This document shows positions 25,389 to 37,353 of a DNA stretch of 64,000 bases, piece by piece; the stretch's first letter is position 1, and every line of letters begins with the position of its first letter. The DNA is from Anthoceros angustus (taxonomy: Eukaryota > Plantae > Anthocerotophyta): contig MU008162.1 of the NCBI GenBank assembly GCA_010909165.1, forward strand, positions 2,046,001 to 2,110,000, given 5' to 3'. Position numbers and translations under genes: made by a program. The notes beneath the pieces were generated by a model. That model was not told where the DNA came from. It did no database searches and saw only the letters and a list, made by a program, of their open reading frames with translations.

Positions 25389-26352
25389 GGAATCTTCCTC
25401 TTCGTCATCATCTTCATCAACATCTAAAGAAGAAGCAAGTCTCTTCTTGGGCTTGATACCTACTTCTAGTCTTGGAGCAAACATGAGTTCATTGCATGCT
25501 ATCATAATGACTAGAATGCAAAAATAATGATAAAGAAAATAAATAGCTTCCTATACCATCCATGTAAGATTATAACAGGAAGGATGAAAGCATTGCCATC
25601 GAGGCTCAAGTTAAGTATTGTAGCTACCAATCTCCTCAACAGTGAGAACCTCAGAAAGAAAAACGAGTTGTCCCTATGATAACCTAATCCACAAGAGACT
25701 CAATCCTAGTTGCAACATGCTCTTGATTCTGTCGGTATGTTGCTTGGCCTACAGGAATAGCTATGCGCACAGCCTCCTCTACCTCCACTTAAAACTTCGA
25801 CCAATGTACTGCTTCTAATTCTTGGGTTCTAAGCGCAAGCCCTAAGTTGCAACCGACTCTTAGCTTTCATCTTGCCCAAGAAACCCACAACAATTGTGTT
25901 GCAAGAAGTCCAAGAATCGACTATCCACGAATTGATCCAAGCAAGTGCACGTTGATGCGGTTTCTAATTCGTTAAGAAAAAGTCATTGGTGTTAAAACGA
26001 TCAAGTTTGACTCAGGTCCTGTTATGTACCAGGTAAAGTTTCGTGGCCATAATTCACAGGCTGTGTCTGAGCATACTTTAGTTGGTATTGTTGAGCATCC
26101 TAGCTAGTTTTCATGTATGAACCAAACTAAAATGATCGAAAACTGCGTGGTTCCCAACCATGACCATGACCGTTCTAGTTGGAAGGCCAAATATGAATCC
26201 ATTCAGGTCCTTTATTGAAAAAAATTACTTTTTATGATACCTTGCTTGGTGTGTTTTTAGTTGGTATGGGCTTGGACATGCATGTTACTTCCACACGCTC
26301 ACATTTGCTAATGCTTTACGAGCAGCTTAAATTCTACCTCCACAACTTGCTG

Positions 26353-26810
26353 CACCCTTGTTGTTTCTTCATTGATGGTACGTACCACATCATCCATAAA
26401 AGCCACAATTGGTCAATGAGCAATGTTTTAGAAATCTTCTCCAATGGCAACAATATTAATTTTTTTTAGGTGTTTCCTAGTAAGCGAGGATCATTCCACA
26501 TTTTCGGCTCCGTTTTTGACGGATCCTTGTCTTCCTGCGTGGAGACTTTTGTAACTTTTGCCATATCTTCATAAAGTCTCACAACTTCGCTATCTTTATT
26601 TTTTCTAACTTCTTAGTTGATCTGTGAAGTGATCATTGGATTAAAGCAAATTTTCAAGAATCGAGTGATCAATCGCTTCATAGATTAGCTAAAAAGTTAG
26701 AAAAATTAAAATTGTTACCATCGGAGAAGATTTGTGGAACATTGCTCATCGACCAATTATGGCTTTACGGACAATGTGGTGCATACCATTGATGAAAAAC
26801 AACAAGGGTG
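26353..26810. mobile_element. MITE-like element with ~115-bp imperfect terminal inverted repeats
   Basis: cacccttgttgtttcttcattgatggtac...aatcttctccaatgg (26353-26465) is the imperfect reverse complement of 26700-26810 (...ccattgatgaaaaacaacaagggtg). No TSD seen. Confidence 0.6.
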
Positions 26811-26833
26811 GTTCTCCTTTTTTGTGCTTCTTA

Positions 26834-27098
26834 TCTTGCTAAGCGAGATGATTAATGAAAGCAAGTAATACATTGCTTCATACTACACAAGATAATACCA
26901 CCACAGAATCTAGCCATTCACGCCTTGTCTCGTCACCACTTCGTACAACTCATAATTCCCTCGAACTCTTGCTAAGCGAGATGATTAATGAAAGCAAGTA
27001 ATACATTGCTTCATACTACACAAGATAATACCACCACAGAATCTAGCCATTCACGCCTTGTCTCGTCACCACTCCGTACAACTCATAATTCCCTCGAA
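26834..27098. repeat. ~132-bp near-perfect tandem duplication
   Basis: tcttgctaagcgagatgattaatgaaagc...cataattccctcgaac occurs twice. Confidence 0.95.
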
Positions 27099-27716
27099 CC
27101 AGACATCTCTACGAACTTCTCTTCTAGGCAAATTCGAATTCCTCTCTCGGGATTTTCATGCATATCGCGTTGGCTCCATCCCATATATTTCTTTCCGTTA
27201 TACACCTTTTATTTGTGGGACTCAGATTTAAACCAAGATATAATTAAGAGTGGTCCCACAAATCTATTATCTTATTTACGTTTATATTTTAAGTAATATC
27301 GTAAATTATTAATCAATTTAGGGTTCATTGAAGATGACGTTTCTTTATCAATGAATATAAAATTCTATGTTAGATATAATTACATAGGTCTTCAAAACCT
27401 ACGTGCTGATCCCTTATCCTAGGAATCTATGTATGTACTTCGTTCGATATCTCAGTTCCGTTTTGTTTTACATACTCCAAGTACCACAGTGCAAAAATGC
27501 ATGCATGAAGCTATGGAATCAAGAAAGACAAAACTAATACCTACACCGAAAGATAATGTCTTGCTTGTTTCCTGCCCTTCGTGGGAAGTGGTGGTTGTTT
27601 TGCGGAGCGCGAGCAACGCGCATTGCGTTGGTTCTTGTGCTGCATCAGGAGAATGCTTGGCTGTTGAATGGTGTGCCTTTTAAGCCTGGGCACGTGGGGG
27701 AGGGATGAATACGGAG

Positions 27717-30700
27717 TCAGGACTCGGCTGACTTGAGCGTATCTGATGCAGTGGCTGCATCGGCTACCAATGCTGCAGGCACTCGGCCTTGAAGGCATGT
27801 GCCGATGTCGAACGGTGTAAGAAAAAGGCCATCGAAGATGAGGTTGACACCAGGCAGTGGGATATCCCCGCTCTCGTCCTCATCGACGAAGTTGGAGCTT
27901 ATACCTTTCATGCTTGGAGAAAGAGGGCCTGAGTCATCGAAAGCTCGAGATGGTGCTTCGAACAGGGTGCCCAGTGGTAGCAACCTGCACATGCCAAGCT
28001 TGCGAGTTTTAGGGTTTTTGTGGGTATGGGAAGTGCAAGAAAGAGTTGGGTCGGTGTAGGGGTTGGCGAACGTACTTTGGCAGTTCTCCAACAAAACTAG
28101 CCACTTCAGATCGTCGTCTTGCTCGGGTGGGTTGTTGCAGATCTGATGACGGTGTCAAAGTGGGTGTGAGAGGTGGCATACCGTCCAAGGGACTCCATTG
28201 TCCTGAGATGGAGGAAGAGGACGGGTGAGTCCCTCTTGCTCCATCGTAGGCAAGCTTGCACACGGAACCGCTAGGTTGATAGTTGGCCATGAACTCCAGT
28301 AACGCTTTTCTGAGCTTGTGCATGGCTTCTCCATGCTTGGTCAGGGAGTTAGGGTGGAAGAGATCAGCACGGACTACTCCTTCACATACTTGCTTACATA
28401 GCTCTGTGTTGAAGAGGGGTACCCCGAGCTCCACACTCTGAGGTACCCATTCCCAGGCATCACTATCTGCAGACATGTGAGATGCATCATGTTCTTGACC
28501 CGGTCTGTGGATTCGTATGAATCTGACGTATCCAACTGTTTGGAGATTGAGCTCCTCTGTGGCTTGTATGATTCGGGGATGTGGAGCAAAGGGTTCTACT
28601 CTCCGGTCCCCTTCTACACTGGAGGCGGACTGTGCTAAGGGTAAGGGGACATCCTTGGTTGCAGGACCTCCAGTTTCGGTGTTGGTGAGACATGTCCTCG
28701 GGAATGGCTGAATGAGTACTGCAGATTGCTTCAGAACTGCATTCAAGCAATGTAGCAGTATGTTTCCTTCCACCAAAGTGCCCTCAAATTTGCCTCCCAG
28801 TCCGGCAAGACCAGTGCCATCCCAGGACCATATTAGAGCCTTGGCACATCCCGCTAAGTAGGGTGGCAGTAACCTCAGTCGTTGGCCCCTTACAAGCACC
28901 ATGGACACAGGCCCCGACTGAGCCACAGAATACAGCAACAGCTTCATCCATGGAGACGAGGCAGCTTGGAATGGAGGACCAAAGTGTATAGGGCCTTCGC
29001 CATCTGCAGAGACTACTGAAGGAGGAGCTGGTAGAGGAACCATGGACACTACCACATTGTAGTCTCTTCTCAACACACGCTGTAGGGTGGCTGGGGGCAA
29101 ACCTGCTAAGCTTTCACAACGAATGACATCAACTTTGCAGTTACGAGCTTTCCTGTTTCGCTTCCCTGGGCCTGAAGCGGAGTCGGAGGATGAACTTGCT
29201 CCTGCATTCGTATCCATGTCCATAACATTTGTAGGATGTCTATCTTGAGCTCCATTCTTTGGAGCGATGTTGCCTGCTTCGTCCTCCATGTTTCCGTCTG
29301 TGCTAACGCCCCCTGATCGGATGCAATCCAACGCATGACGCAGGCTGAAAGCATGGACGGCCAATTCTTGCAACTCGCCTTCTAATTCTGTGCCCTCAAC
29401 TTTCCTCAGGTCCTCACACATGTCAGCTACACTGGAGTCTCCAAGCTTTCCAGCTTCGTACAGACTTACAGCATGTCCTTTCAAGCCTGGGAAACCATGC
29501 AAACTAAGATCAGAAAATGCGGACAACACATTGAGACTGCACTTTCGTCATCTTTCTATCTTTCTCACATACCTGGCGACAGTGAGCCCATCATGAGATA
29601 AGAGGTGAGGTTAGCATCCACCATCAGAGCAAATCTTGTTACCCCGCTAGGAGCCTTGGAGTCTCCAACAGCAGCGTCGGGTTGGAATACTCCAGGCACA
29701 ACTGAAGTGGGGCTTGCTGGATGTCGGAAGGCCCAACCTTCATCACCGGCCCCATTGCCATCACTAACTGTAGAACTCTCAGTTTCCTGAAGAAGAGAGG
29801 CAGGATCCAACACTTTTTTTGCCCACCCAAGGCGGCAAGCCAATGACACAGCAGATTCAAGCTGGCCGAGGTCTGCTTGTAATGTCGTTGCTAATTCTGC
29901 CACTGTGGCACGTTCGCTCGAAGCCACAAATACGGCATAGAGAAGTCTGCAGACAGTCATCAGATGCTCAGCAACAAAAACAAACTGGTGGGCTAGCTCA
30001 CACATGCCCATACACTAGTCAGCATGATGAATTATGATCTCACTCCTCTGTAGGGTCTTCGTAGGATTGATCCTTGTTTGAAACAAATCCTTCCAGAGCC
30101 GACACTGTCGTAACAAAGTGTGTGGAGCAATGAAAAATATTTGGTATTATACCAAGAAAAACTAATTAAATATTTTAAAGTTAGGAATTGAAAACCTTGA
30201 ATATGGTCATCTGGAAACACTGGTACATCCAAGTAGACAACACCCTTCCGAAAGAGACCACGCACCAAATCAATATCAAGTTCGCCAATTAGGTTTTTGG
30301 GGTTGTCTTTTGTTAGATAGTTGATCAATTGTATGTCTCTATCTGAAAATTTCTGTTCCGCTTAATAGTAAGTAATAATCTTTTAGATTGCATTACAAGC
30401 TTTTTAGAATTTGTATGCTCATTTAGATATTAGAGACAATGCTTACTTTCAAGTCCTCTTGAGTCATGTCCATGACTCCCACCGTCCACCAAGGTTCCAT
30501 TGCAAAATCTATAGGTTGTGTTGGGAGCATATCTTTCACAATAGCTTTGTTTATTTTCCACATGATTTTCTGTGGTAGATTGTTCAGTATAGACTACTAT
30601 AGCATCATTCAATCTGTCATTTATTGATGGATAAAAAATAAAAAATAGATTACCTTAGCTCTACACTTGTTCATGATATCTATAAACTCATTTCGACCAA

Positions 30701-31391
30701 TCCCAGTCAACCTCAATGCATCCGCTGCTGTGAAGTTTGGTATACTATCGTAGGGCTTTTCTACAAATATTGATAACATTCAATGTCAAATTACATTTGG
30801 CAAGTACATAACCAAGAAGAAAACTTTGTATGATTGGATGAGAGTGTTACCATTTTTCATAATATCAAATAAGATATCGCTATAATACCGAAATGGAGTG
30901 ATCTTCATAACACGACATACATAACCTGATAGGTTGTATGGAAACAGCTGCAAAAAAGCGATAATATTGTTTGATGAAAGGTCCAAGGCACAAATTTAGC
31001 TATGAAAATTCTCTCGTACAAATGTGAGGAATTAATACGTTGGATAAAATTGCAGTACTTGAAACACACCGCCTGACTCTTACGTAAGTAAGAAACAAGC
31101 TCCTCATAGTATTCACTTTCTTTACAAATCATCCTTGCTAAACAATCGCTCCATTTGAGCCGCTTCTTGATGCAATAATCTTTTACCCTGTAAAGTGATA
31201 ATTGTGTTACAACAAATGCACTAGTTGATAAAATAAGATTGCAACAAGCAAGTCTTCTCTAACTTTTTGTTCCAATCTTCTGATGTTGCAAAAAATAGCT
31301 TCAACCGCTTTGGAAGCTTCTCCCATGTAGCTTCTTCTTGTATAGCTCGTCCAATCATTCCCTCTTCCACATTTGTGGCTTCTCGTTGCAT
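27717..31391 (-). CDS. FAM91A1: FAM91A1-family protein (about 10 exons)
   Basis: Spliced translation [19 protein letters not shown] / [20 protein letters not shown] / [15 protein letters not shown] / [34 protein letters not shown] / [14 protein letters not shown] / [25 protein letters not shown] / [16 protein letters not shown]; GT-AG introns. Confidence 0.92.
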
Positions 31392-32747
31392 GATGTATTA
31401 TATAAAATGATCTAAGACGGTACAGTAGTAACGCAACTTATACTATGGTAGGAGAGAAAATAATAGGTGATCAGGTTTTCTAACATGGATTGGAATGTGT
31501 TAATTGCATTGAATTTGATGAGGGAAACGTTAGGTAGGATAGTCACTATTGATATAATGCACTTATTCTTTTCAATTAAGATATTAGAAAAAAAATGGTT
31601 CTTAAAAATGTCACCTATACCTTACACATGCATAAGGTGACCAAATACCTAATTAGTAATAGATACCTAGGGGAAGCTAAAAATGATAAAGATAATTCTT
31701 CATTCAAAAAACTGCCAATAATATAAAATTATAATATAAAATAAATATATACGATGTTATCATATTTTGATAAAACTAAAGTGCTCTCATGCGTAAATTT
31801 TTGAAGTGAATTAAAATAAAATAATTCTAGCTATAAATGGTCTTTTTCCTTGAAAATTAGTTGGTTTTTTTTATCCTCATCCCCAAACTTTTTTTGACAC
31901 AATTAATTGATTGATGGATTTGGTTGCATTTCAATTTGCATTACTTCTTTTCTATTGTTTATGTCCCTCTAGTTCAGATATACGTATGTGTCCACCTTTT
32001 TTTACCACTTTTCAACTGTACATTTTTTGTTCCATGGTGGTCCTTCCACCCTTAGTGCACATGAATAACATTGTTGTTGTTGTTGTTGTAACTTAGTCGA
32101 TAAAAGACAAAGTTTCTAGTCTTAGGGATGGTGGTTCAACTCCCGTAGTCGACCTAGCATAGTTAGCCTTGTCGACGTGGTATAGAAAGTGTCATGGTAC
32201 ACACAACCAGGATGAGGTGGCACCCATCCCCATTTACCTTTACGTAATCCATCTGCATATGCATATATGATATAATGATTATTCTGATTTTTGTCCTTCA
32301 TTGAGGAGTGAACCATGAGTTCATTGAAACTTCCTAAATAAGGGACACTTCGGTTGGAACACTATTGGGATGGAGTGCCATCCATCCTTGTTTGCTGTTG
32401 CCCCTTAGTGTTCTACGGTCATTTTGTAAGGCCTTCCGGGGCTGTCCAATATATAACGTCCACTTTCTCGCCCACAAAAAACGATGCTGTCGTAAAGGCC
32501 TTAGGCGTTGGCTCATATATATGATCTTTACTATCCTACCCGCAAAAAAGGTGGGGCTCTTGTAAAGCCGTTATTAGGGGTTGTTTGATGTATGATGGTT
32601 ATTGTCTCACTCGTAAAGAGAGGGTAGCGCTGTTGTAAAGCCTTTAGGTCCTAATTGACATTTACTACCTCACTCGTAAAGAGGGCAGAGCTAACCTAAA
32701 GCCTTAGGTGTAGGGCGCTCTCATGTATAAACTATGCCTACAATGAA

Positions 32748-33065
32748 ACTCTATTGTAAAGCTTTTCAGGGCCTCCCAGTCACTTGCTCTATTGTAAAGC
32801 TTTTCAGGGCCTCCCAGTCACTTGCTCGATTGTAAAGCTTTTCATGGCCTCCCAGTCACTTGCTCTATTGTAAAGCTTTTCAAGGCCTCCCGGTGCTTTT
32901 CAAGGAGGCCACATGCTCTATGGTAAAGCTTTTCAGGGCCTCCTGGTCCCTTCCAGTCACTTGCTCTATTGTAAAGCTTTTCAGGGCCTCCTGGTCCCTC
33001 CCAGTCACTTGCTCTATTGTAAAGCTTTTCAAGGCCTCCCAAGTCACTTGCCTTCACTATTGTAA
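32748..33065. repeat. Minisatellite, ~39-48-bp unit
   Basis: cagtcacttgctctattgtaaagcttttcagggcctcc repeated about 7 times with variants. Confidence 0.92.
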
Positions 33066-33186
33066 GGTCTTTAGAATCCTTCAAATTAAGTAAAATATAA
33101 ATACATGAAGTGAAAGAATACCCACGTATGATGGGTATTCACATCGATATCGAAAAGTTGTTAAAAAGAACTTTCTGGTGCTATAG

Positions 33187-33510
33187 GCCAAATGGACACA
33201 CATTTATAAGAACACCGTGATTAAGCGCCAAATGGACACACGTTTATAAGAACACCGTGATTAAGCGCCAAATGGACACACGTTTATAAGAACACCGTGA
33301 TTAAGCGCCAAATGGACACACATTTATAAGAACACCGTGATGCTTAATCCTGGGCTTAGATCAGCACTTAGATGGGGTGCCTAAAGGGAATGCATGCCCT
33401 TGGTGCAAAGTAGCTTAGGCACACCATGGTACAAGTTGTCAAGTACCAAGTCCCATGACGGAAATCCGTCCTTAGTGGACTTAAACAAAATTCTTCAACT
33501 TCTTCTTCAA
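33187..33510 (+). repeat. Dispersed short repeat (SINE-like) with an internal 40-bp tandem array; inverted copy at 50213-50502
   Basis: gccaaatggacacac(a/g)tttataagaacaccgtgattaagc x4, then ...ggtgcctaaagggaatg...aagtaccaagtcccatgacggaaat..ccttagtggactt and a (TTC)-rich tail. Confidence 0.8.
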
Positions 33511-33662
33511 TACCCACCTATAAGTCTTTAGGTGGACATTTCATGGATTCTTCTATACCCACCTAGTTAAGTCTTTAGGTGGACATTTCATGGAGTGAAC
33601 TCCCGAAAAGAACTCTCTAGTGCTGTACCTACCTAGTTAGAGTCTTTAGGTGGACATTTCAT
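33511..33662. repeat. Three copies of a ~35-bp motif
   Basis: tacc(c/t)accta..agtctttaggtggacatttcat at ~33511, ~33556 and ~33626. Confidence 0.8.
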
Positions 33663-34359
33663 ACACGGAACTCCCGGGACTTTCTCGAGTGAAATCATCG
33701 GCACGAGCGCCCAACTCCCTCAAGTGGATTGATCGGCAAGAGACCAGAGCCGATGTATCTCCATTGTCGGAAGGCTATCCAATACAAGACCTCAGGTAAA
33801 AGGTCTAAAAATTTGGTATATAGACAACTCTACCCCTTGCAATCCAGTTCCTCCTTGATGTCGCAAAAAATGGTATGTTACACAATCTCAGCAAGGATTA
33901 ACAAGACGGGCTAAAAGATGGACCGCATGGCCCAGCCTGGAAGATACTCGGATATGAAGTATTGACCTTGGCCTGAATGGAACAACAGAGTGCAGCGGGA
34001 TATTCACGACACCCTGGAGAAGTAGCATTGATGGAAGCGGAGGAACGTGTAGCATTGTGGGCTTTCTTGCTCTCTGTCAAGTCTTATGCCACATGAATTA
34101 ACCGAGACTGCCAAAATAGATGCTGCATTGACGAGAACAGTTGCTCTCATCCTCCGCTTCGGTGGCTGCATGGAGCAAAAGGCTGTCTCCTGAAGTTGGT
34201 CAGCAGGTTACTGCACACATCAGGACCTAGACCACCAGCTTGTATGGCATGGAAATGCACCATCTGGTGGAGGCTCGAGCATCAGCATCAGCAGCAGCAG
34301 CCGCCCCAACGTTAGATTAATTCCCAAGAGTGTGGAGTGCCCTGCAACTGTGGAAATGC

Positions 34360-36495
34360 TCATTTGTCATCTCCACAGGAACACAAACCATCCCTGAAAT
34401 GATGCACACGGTGGGCATCTCGAACAATAATTTCCCTCTTTTCAACCCTGGAAACTGTCTTGGAGCCGATATGGCAGTGATCGCACATTCTAAGATTCTT
34501 CACTATGAGCAGACTTGTGCCTGGAGGTGTGTTGAGGAGCCCAAATGCCAAGGCCAGCTTCTCAGCATGTCCACACAGGGCATCTTCCTTCTCATCCTCA
34601 GGAAGTGCTCCCAGCACAGGACTAACATGCCCTGTCCCCCGGGCCTGCAAAGTCAGACTTTTCAGCTTTGCAGATAGGTCCGCCCTCTTTTCTCCAACAA
34701 CGAATTCGTGCACCTTGTTGTCAACTTCTATGGCGGCCATTGCAGGCTTCTTCTGAATCCCTGCAGACCTTCTTAAGTGATTGATGTCCCTTTCATCTTC
34801 CCACCTTCCTGCATCCGCATACATTTCTGACATCAAAGTATAGGCAGCTGGGTGTTCGGGTTCAATCTGAAAAATGTGGTCAAAGCAGCGCCTTCCCATA
34901 TCAATGTTGCCATACACTTTGCATGCACTCAGCAAAGCCCTCCAACCAGCACTGTCATGTTCGGATGGCAAAGACTGCAACATGGTTTCTGCCTCTTCCA
35001 GTTTGCCTGATCGGCTGAGAACATCAACCATGCAAGTGTAGTGCTCTCCTATAGGTGTGATTCCATGCAAGTCCACCATCTCCTTGAAGTACTGCCGAGC
35101 CTCTTCCACTAGGCCCACATGACTGCAAGCAGCCAGGAGACAAGTAAAGGTTGCAGAGTCAGGCTCCACTCCCCTTTGTCGCATTTCCTCAAAACATTGC
35201 AAAGCCATGCCACATTTGTTATGCTGGCCATACCCTTTGATGAGAGCAGTCCATGACACAACATCCTTTTTTGTCAATCTGTCAAATACTGTGCGGCCTT
35301 CATCCACACTACCACACTTGACATACATGTCCACCAGTGCATTCCCGACTTTGGTCTCTGATTCCAGCTCCCTTTCCAGAATTTGGGCGTGGATTTGCTT
35401 GCCCTCTTTGATGGCCCCTATGCTACCACATGCTTTTAAGATGCCCACAAATGTTATGTCATTAGCAGGAGATGTGCCATCCTGCTCCATGCTTCTGTAG
35501 AGTTCAATGGCTTCCAGACCAAGACCCTGTTGGGCATATCCAGTGATCATGGCACTCCATGTCACAACATCTTTCTTGTTCAATCTATCAAACACAGAGC
35601 GCGCCTCCTCTAGACAACCACATTTGGAATACATGTCGACCAGGGCGTTTCCAATGAAGACATCTGATTCAAGCCTCCTTCTTTGGATCTGTGCATGGGC
35701 TAACTTTCCAACCTGTATGGCTGCCGTGCTGCCACAAGATTTCAAAACGCTAACAAAAGTATATTTATCTGGTGTCATGTCATACTGCTCCATGCTTGCA
35801 AATAACTGGAGGGCTTCTTGACCCAAACCATGATGGGAATAGCCCGCTATCATTGCATTCCAGGACACCATATCTCTAGTTGACAACCTGTCAAAGACTA
35901 CGCGAGCATCCTCCAGACTTCCACATTTACAGTACATGTCCACCAACGTATTGGCGACATATACATTAGATTCAAACCCACTGTCAATCACATCAGCATG
36001 AACCAGTCTGCCAGACTTCAAATCTGCTGCACTGGCACAAGCTTTGAGCACAGCAACATACACGAAGTCATCTGGCAGAACACTTGATTTCCGCAACTGC
36101 TGATACACTGTCACTGCCTGCTTTGGCTGCCCGTTTTCCGCATACGCTGAGATGATTGACGTCCAACAGAATGCATTTGGTTTAGGCAGTTTGCTGAAAA
36201 CTCGGGCCGCCTCCAGCAGATCCCCGTGGAAGCCATACATGCGTATGATGCGATTTGCCAGAATCATATTCAACTCATGCCCAGTGCTTACAGCAAGAGC
36301 ATGAACCCGCTTGCCAAGGACCAGATCCTTCTTTGCAATACACCCTTGCAGGAGACGATACAACATGTCCAAGCTGATGCAGCTTTCGTGATGTTCCATC
36401 TTGTCCACAACATGAAAGGCCTTCTGGAGCTCTCCCTCATCACATAGTCTGCTCCAGGCTTCAAATACGAAGACACCGCCGTCATGCGCTGCCAC
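34360..36495 (-). CDS. PLS-class PPR protein with E1-E2 and DYW:KP deaminase domain (candidate U-to-C organellar RNA editing factor)
   Basis: About 14 P/L/S repeats; KKPAMAAIEV in place of the PG box; GHAEKLALAFGL; NLRMCDHCH; ends CSCGDDK. The real start and transit peptide are probably upstream (~36685, MLAVSRRNV...) across apparent frameshifts. Confidence 0.93.
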   Translation of the reverse strand: MAAHDGGVFVFEAWSRLCDEGELQKAFHVVDKMEHHESCISLDMLYRLLQGCIAKKDLVLGKRVHALAVSTGHELNMILANRIIRMYGFHGDLLEAARVFSKLPKPNAFCWTSIISAYAENGQPKQAVTVYQQLRKSSVLPDDFVYVAVLKACASAADLKSGRLVHADVIDSGFESNVYVANTLVDMYCKCGSLEDARVVFDRLSTRDMVSWNAMIAGYSHHGLGQEALQLFASMEQYDMTPDKYTFVSVLKSCGSTAAIQVGKLAHAQIQRRRLESDVFIGNALVDMYSKCGCLEEARSVFDRLNKKDVVTWSAMITGYAQQGLGLEAIELYRSMEQDGTSPANDITFVGILKACGSIGAIKEGKQIHAQILERELESETKVGNALVDMYVKCGSVDEGRTVFDRLTKKDVVSWTALIKGYGQHNKCGMALQCFEEMRQRGVEPDSATFTCLLAACSHVGLVEEARQYFKEMVDLHGITPIGEHYTCMVDVLSRSGKLEEAETMLQSLPSEHDSAGWRALLSACKVYGNIDMGRRCFDHIFQIEPEHPAAYTLMSEMYADAGRWEDERDINHLRRSAGIQKKPAMAAIEVDNKVHEFVVGEKRADLSAKLKSLTLQARGTGHVSPVLGALPEDEKEDALCGHAEKLALAFGLLNTPPGTSLLIVKNLRMCDHCHIGSKTVSRVEKREIIVRDAHRVHHFRDGLCSCGDDK

Positions 36496-37353
36496 CCTGC
36501 CCCGTCCAGAGAATGGCCAGAAGTGTCATAACCAGGATGTCTGTAGTGCCCACCTGGTATCCATGCAAGCATCCAGAACTGAAATTGCAGACATAACAAG
36601 AGAGAGGCACAGTGCTAGACTTCCATAGCTTGGATAAATGTTGCAAAGTACCTGCCATGACGTTTCTCCGACTGACAGCTAGCATCTTGAGCCCAGCGGT
36701 GACCCCAAGAGTTCTGTGTGCAGGAGATTTCCATGCGTTAGTGCTCATCAGTCAAACAAGCGGCCAAGGGACCACTTAACTGCCCATCAGAAAGAGAGTA
36801 CCTTGTTGGGCAGCAGAAGTTTCCACCACGACTCTTGTGCAACTGACCCATCTGCAAGCCAGCTGGGACGTCAACAACCGAGACCCGAAACTCCAAAGCT
36901 GTTGAAATCGAATGCATCCACAGAGAAACATAAATGTACCGTGGCGTTTTTTTGTGCTCCCAAGACTGGACAGATGCCTGTACCAATCCTCCAGAGGGCT
37001 GTAAGGGCTTGGTCTACCTCGAACGATGCTGGACACAGAGGCATGTCCGCCGAACGCACGGATACGAGCACTCTTCATTCCGCTGGCCCAGTCTCAAGAC
37101 TTCCAAACCGTTTGGACAGTTAACCCTGACAGGCTTGCACACATCACAGGACACATGCCATCTGCCTGCGCGGGGAGAGGAATTCACGACCGCAATGGGA
37201 GCTACAACTCTTTCTCTTTCGGCTACACTGTTTTGTATGCTTGATTGCAAGGGTCCAGGTTCTGAGATATCTGACGCTGGGTTGTAGGAAGGATCAGCTG
37301 CCCAATAGCGGAGTTTGTGCTGGGTGGGCTACCTCTCAGGGGCGGCAGGCGCC

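Noticed and set aside
32748-33345. CRISPR-like look of the 39-48-bp and 40-bp repeats
   Set aside because: Units are head-to-tail without unique spacers, there are no cas genes, and the context is eukaryotic.
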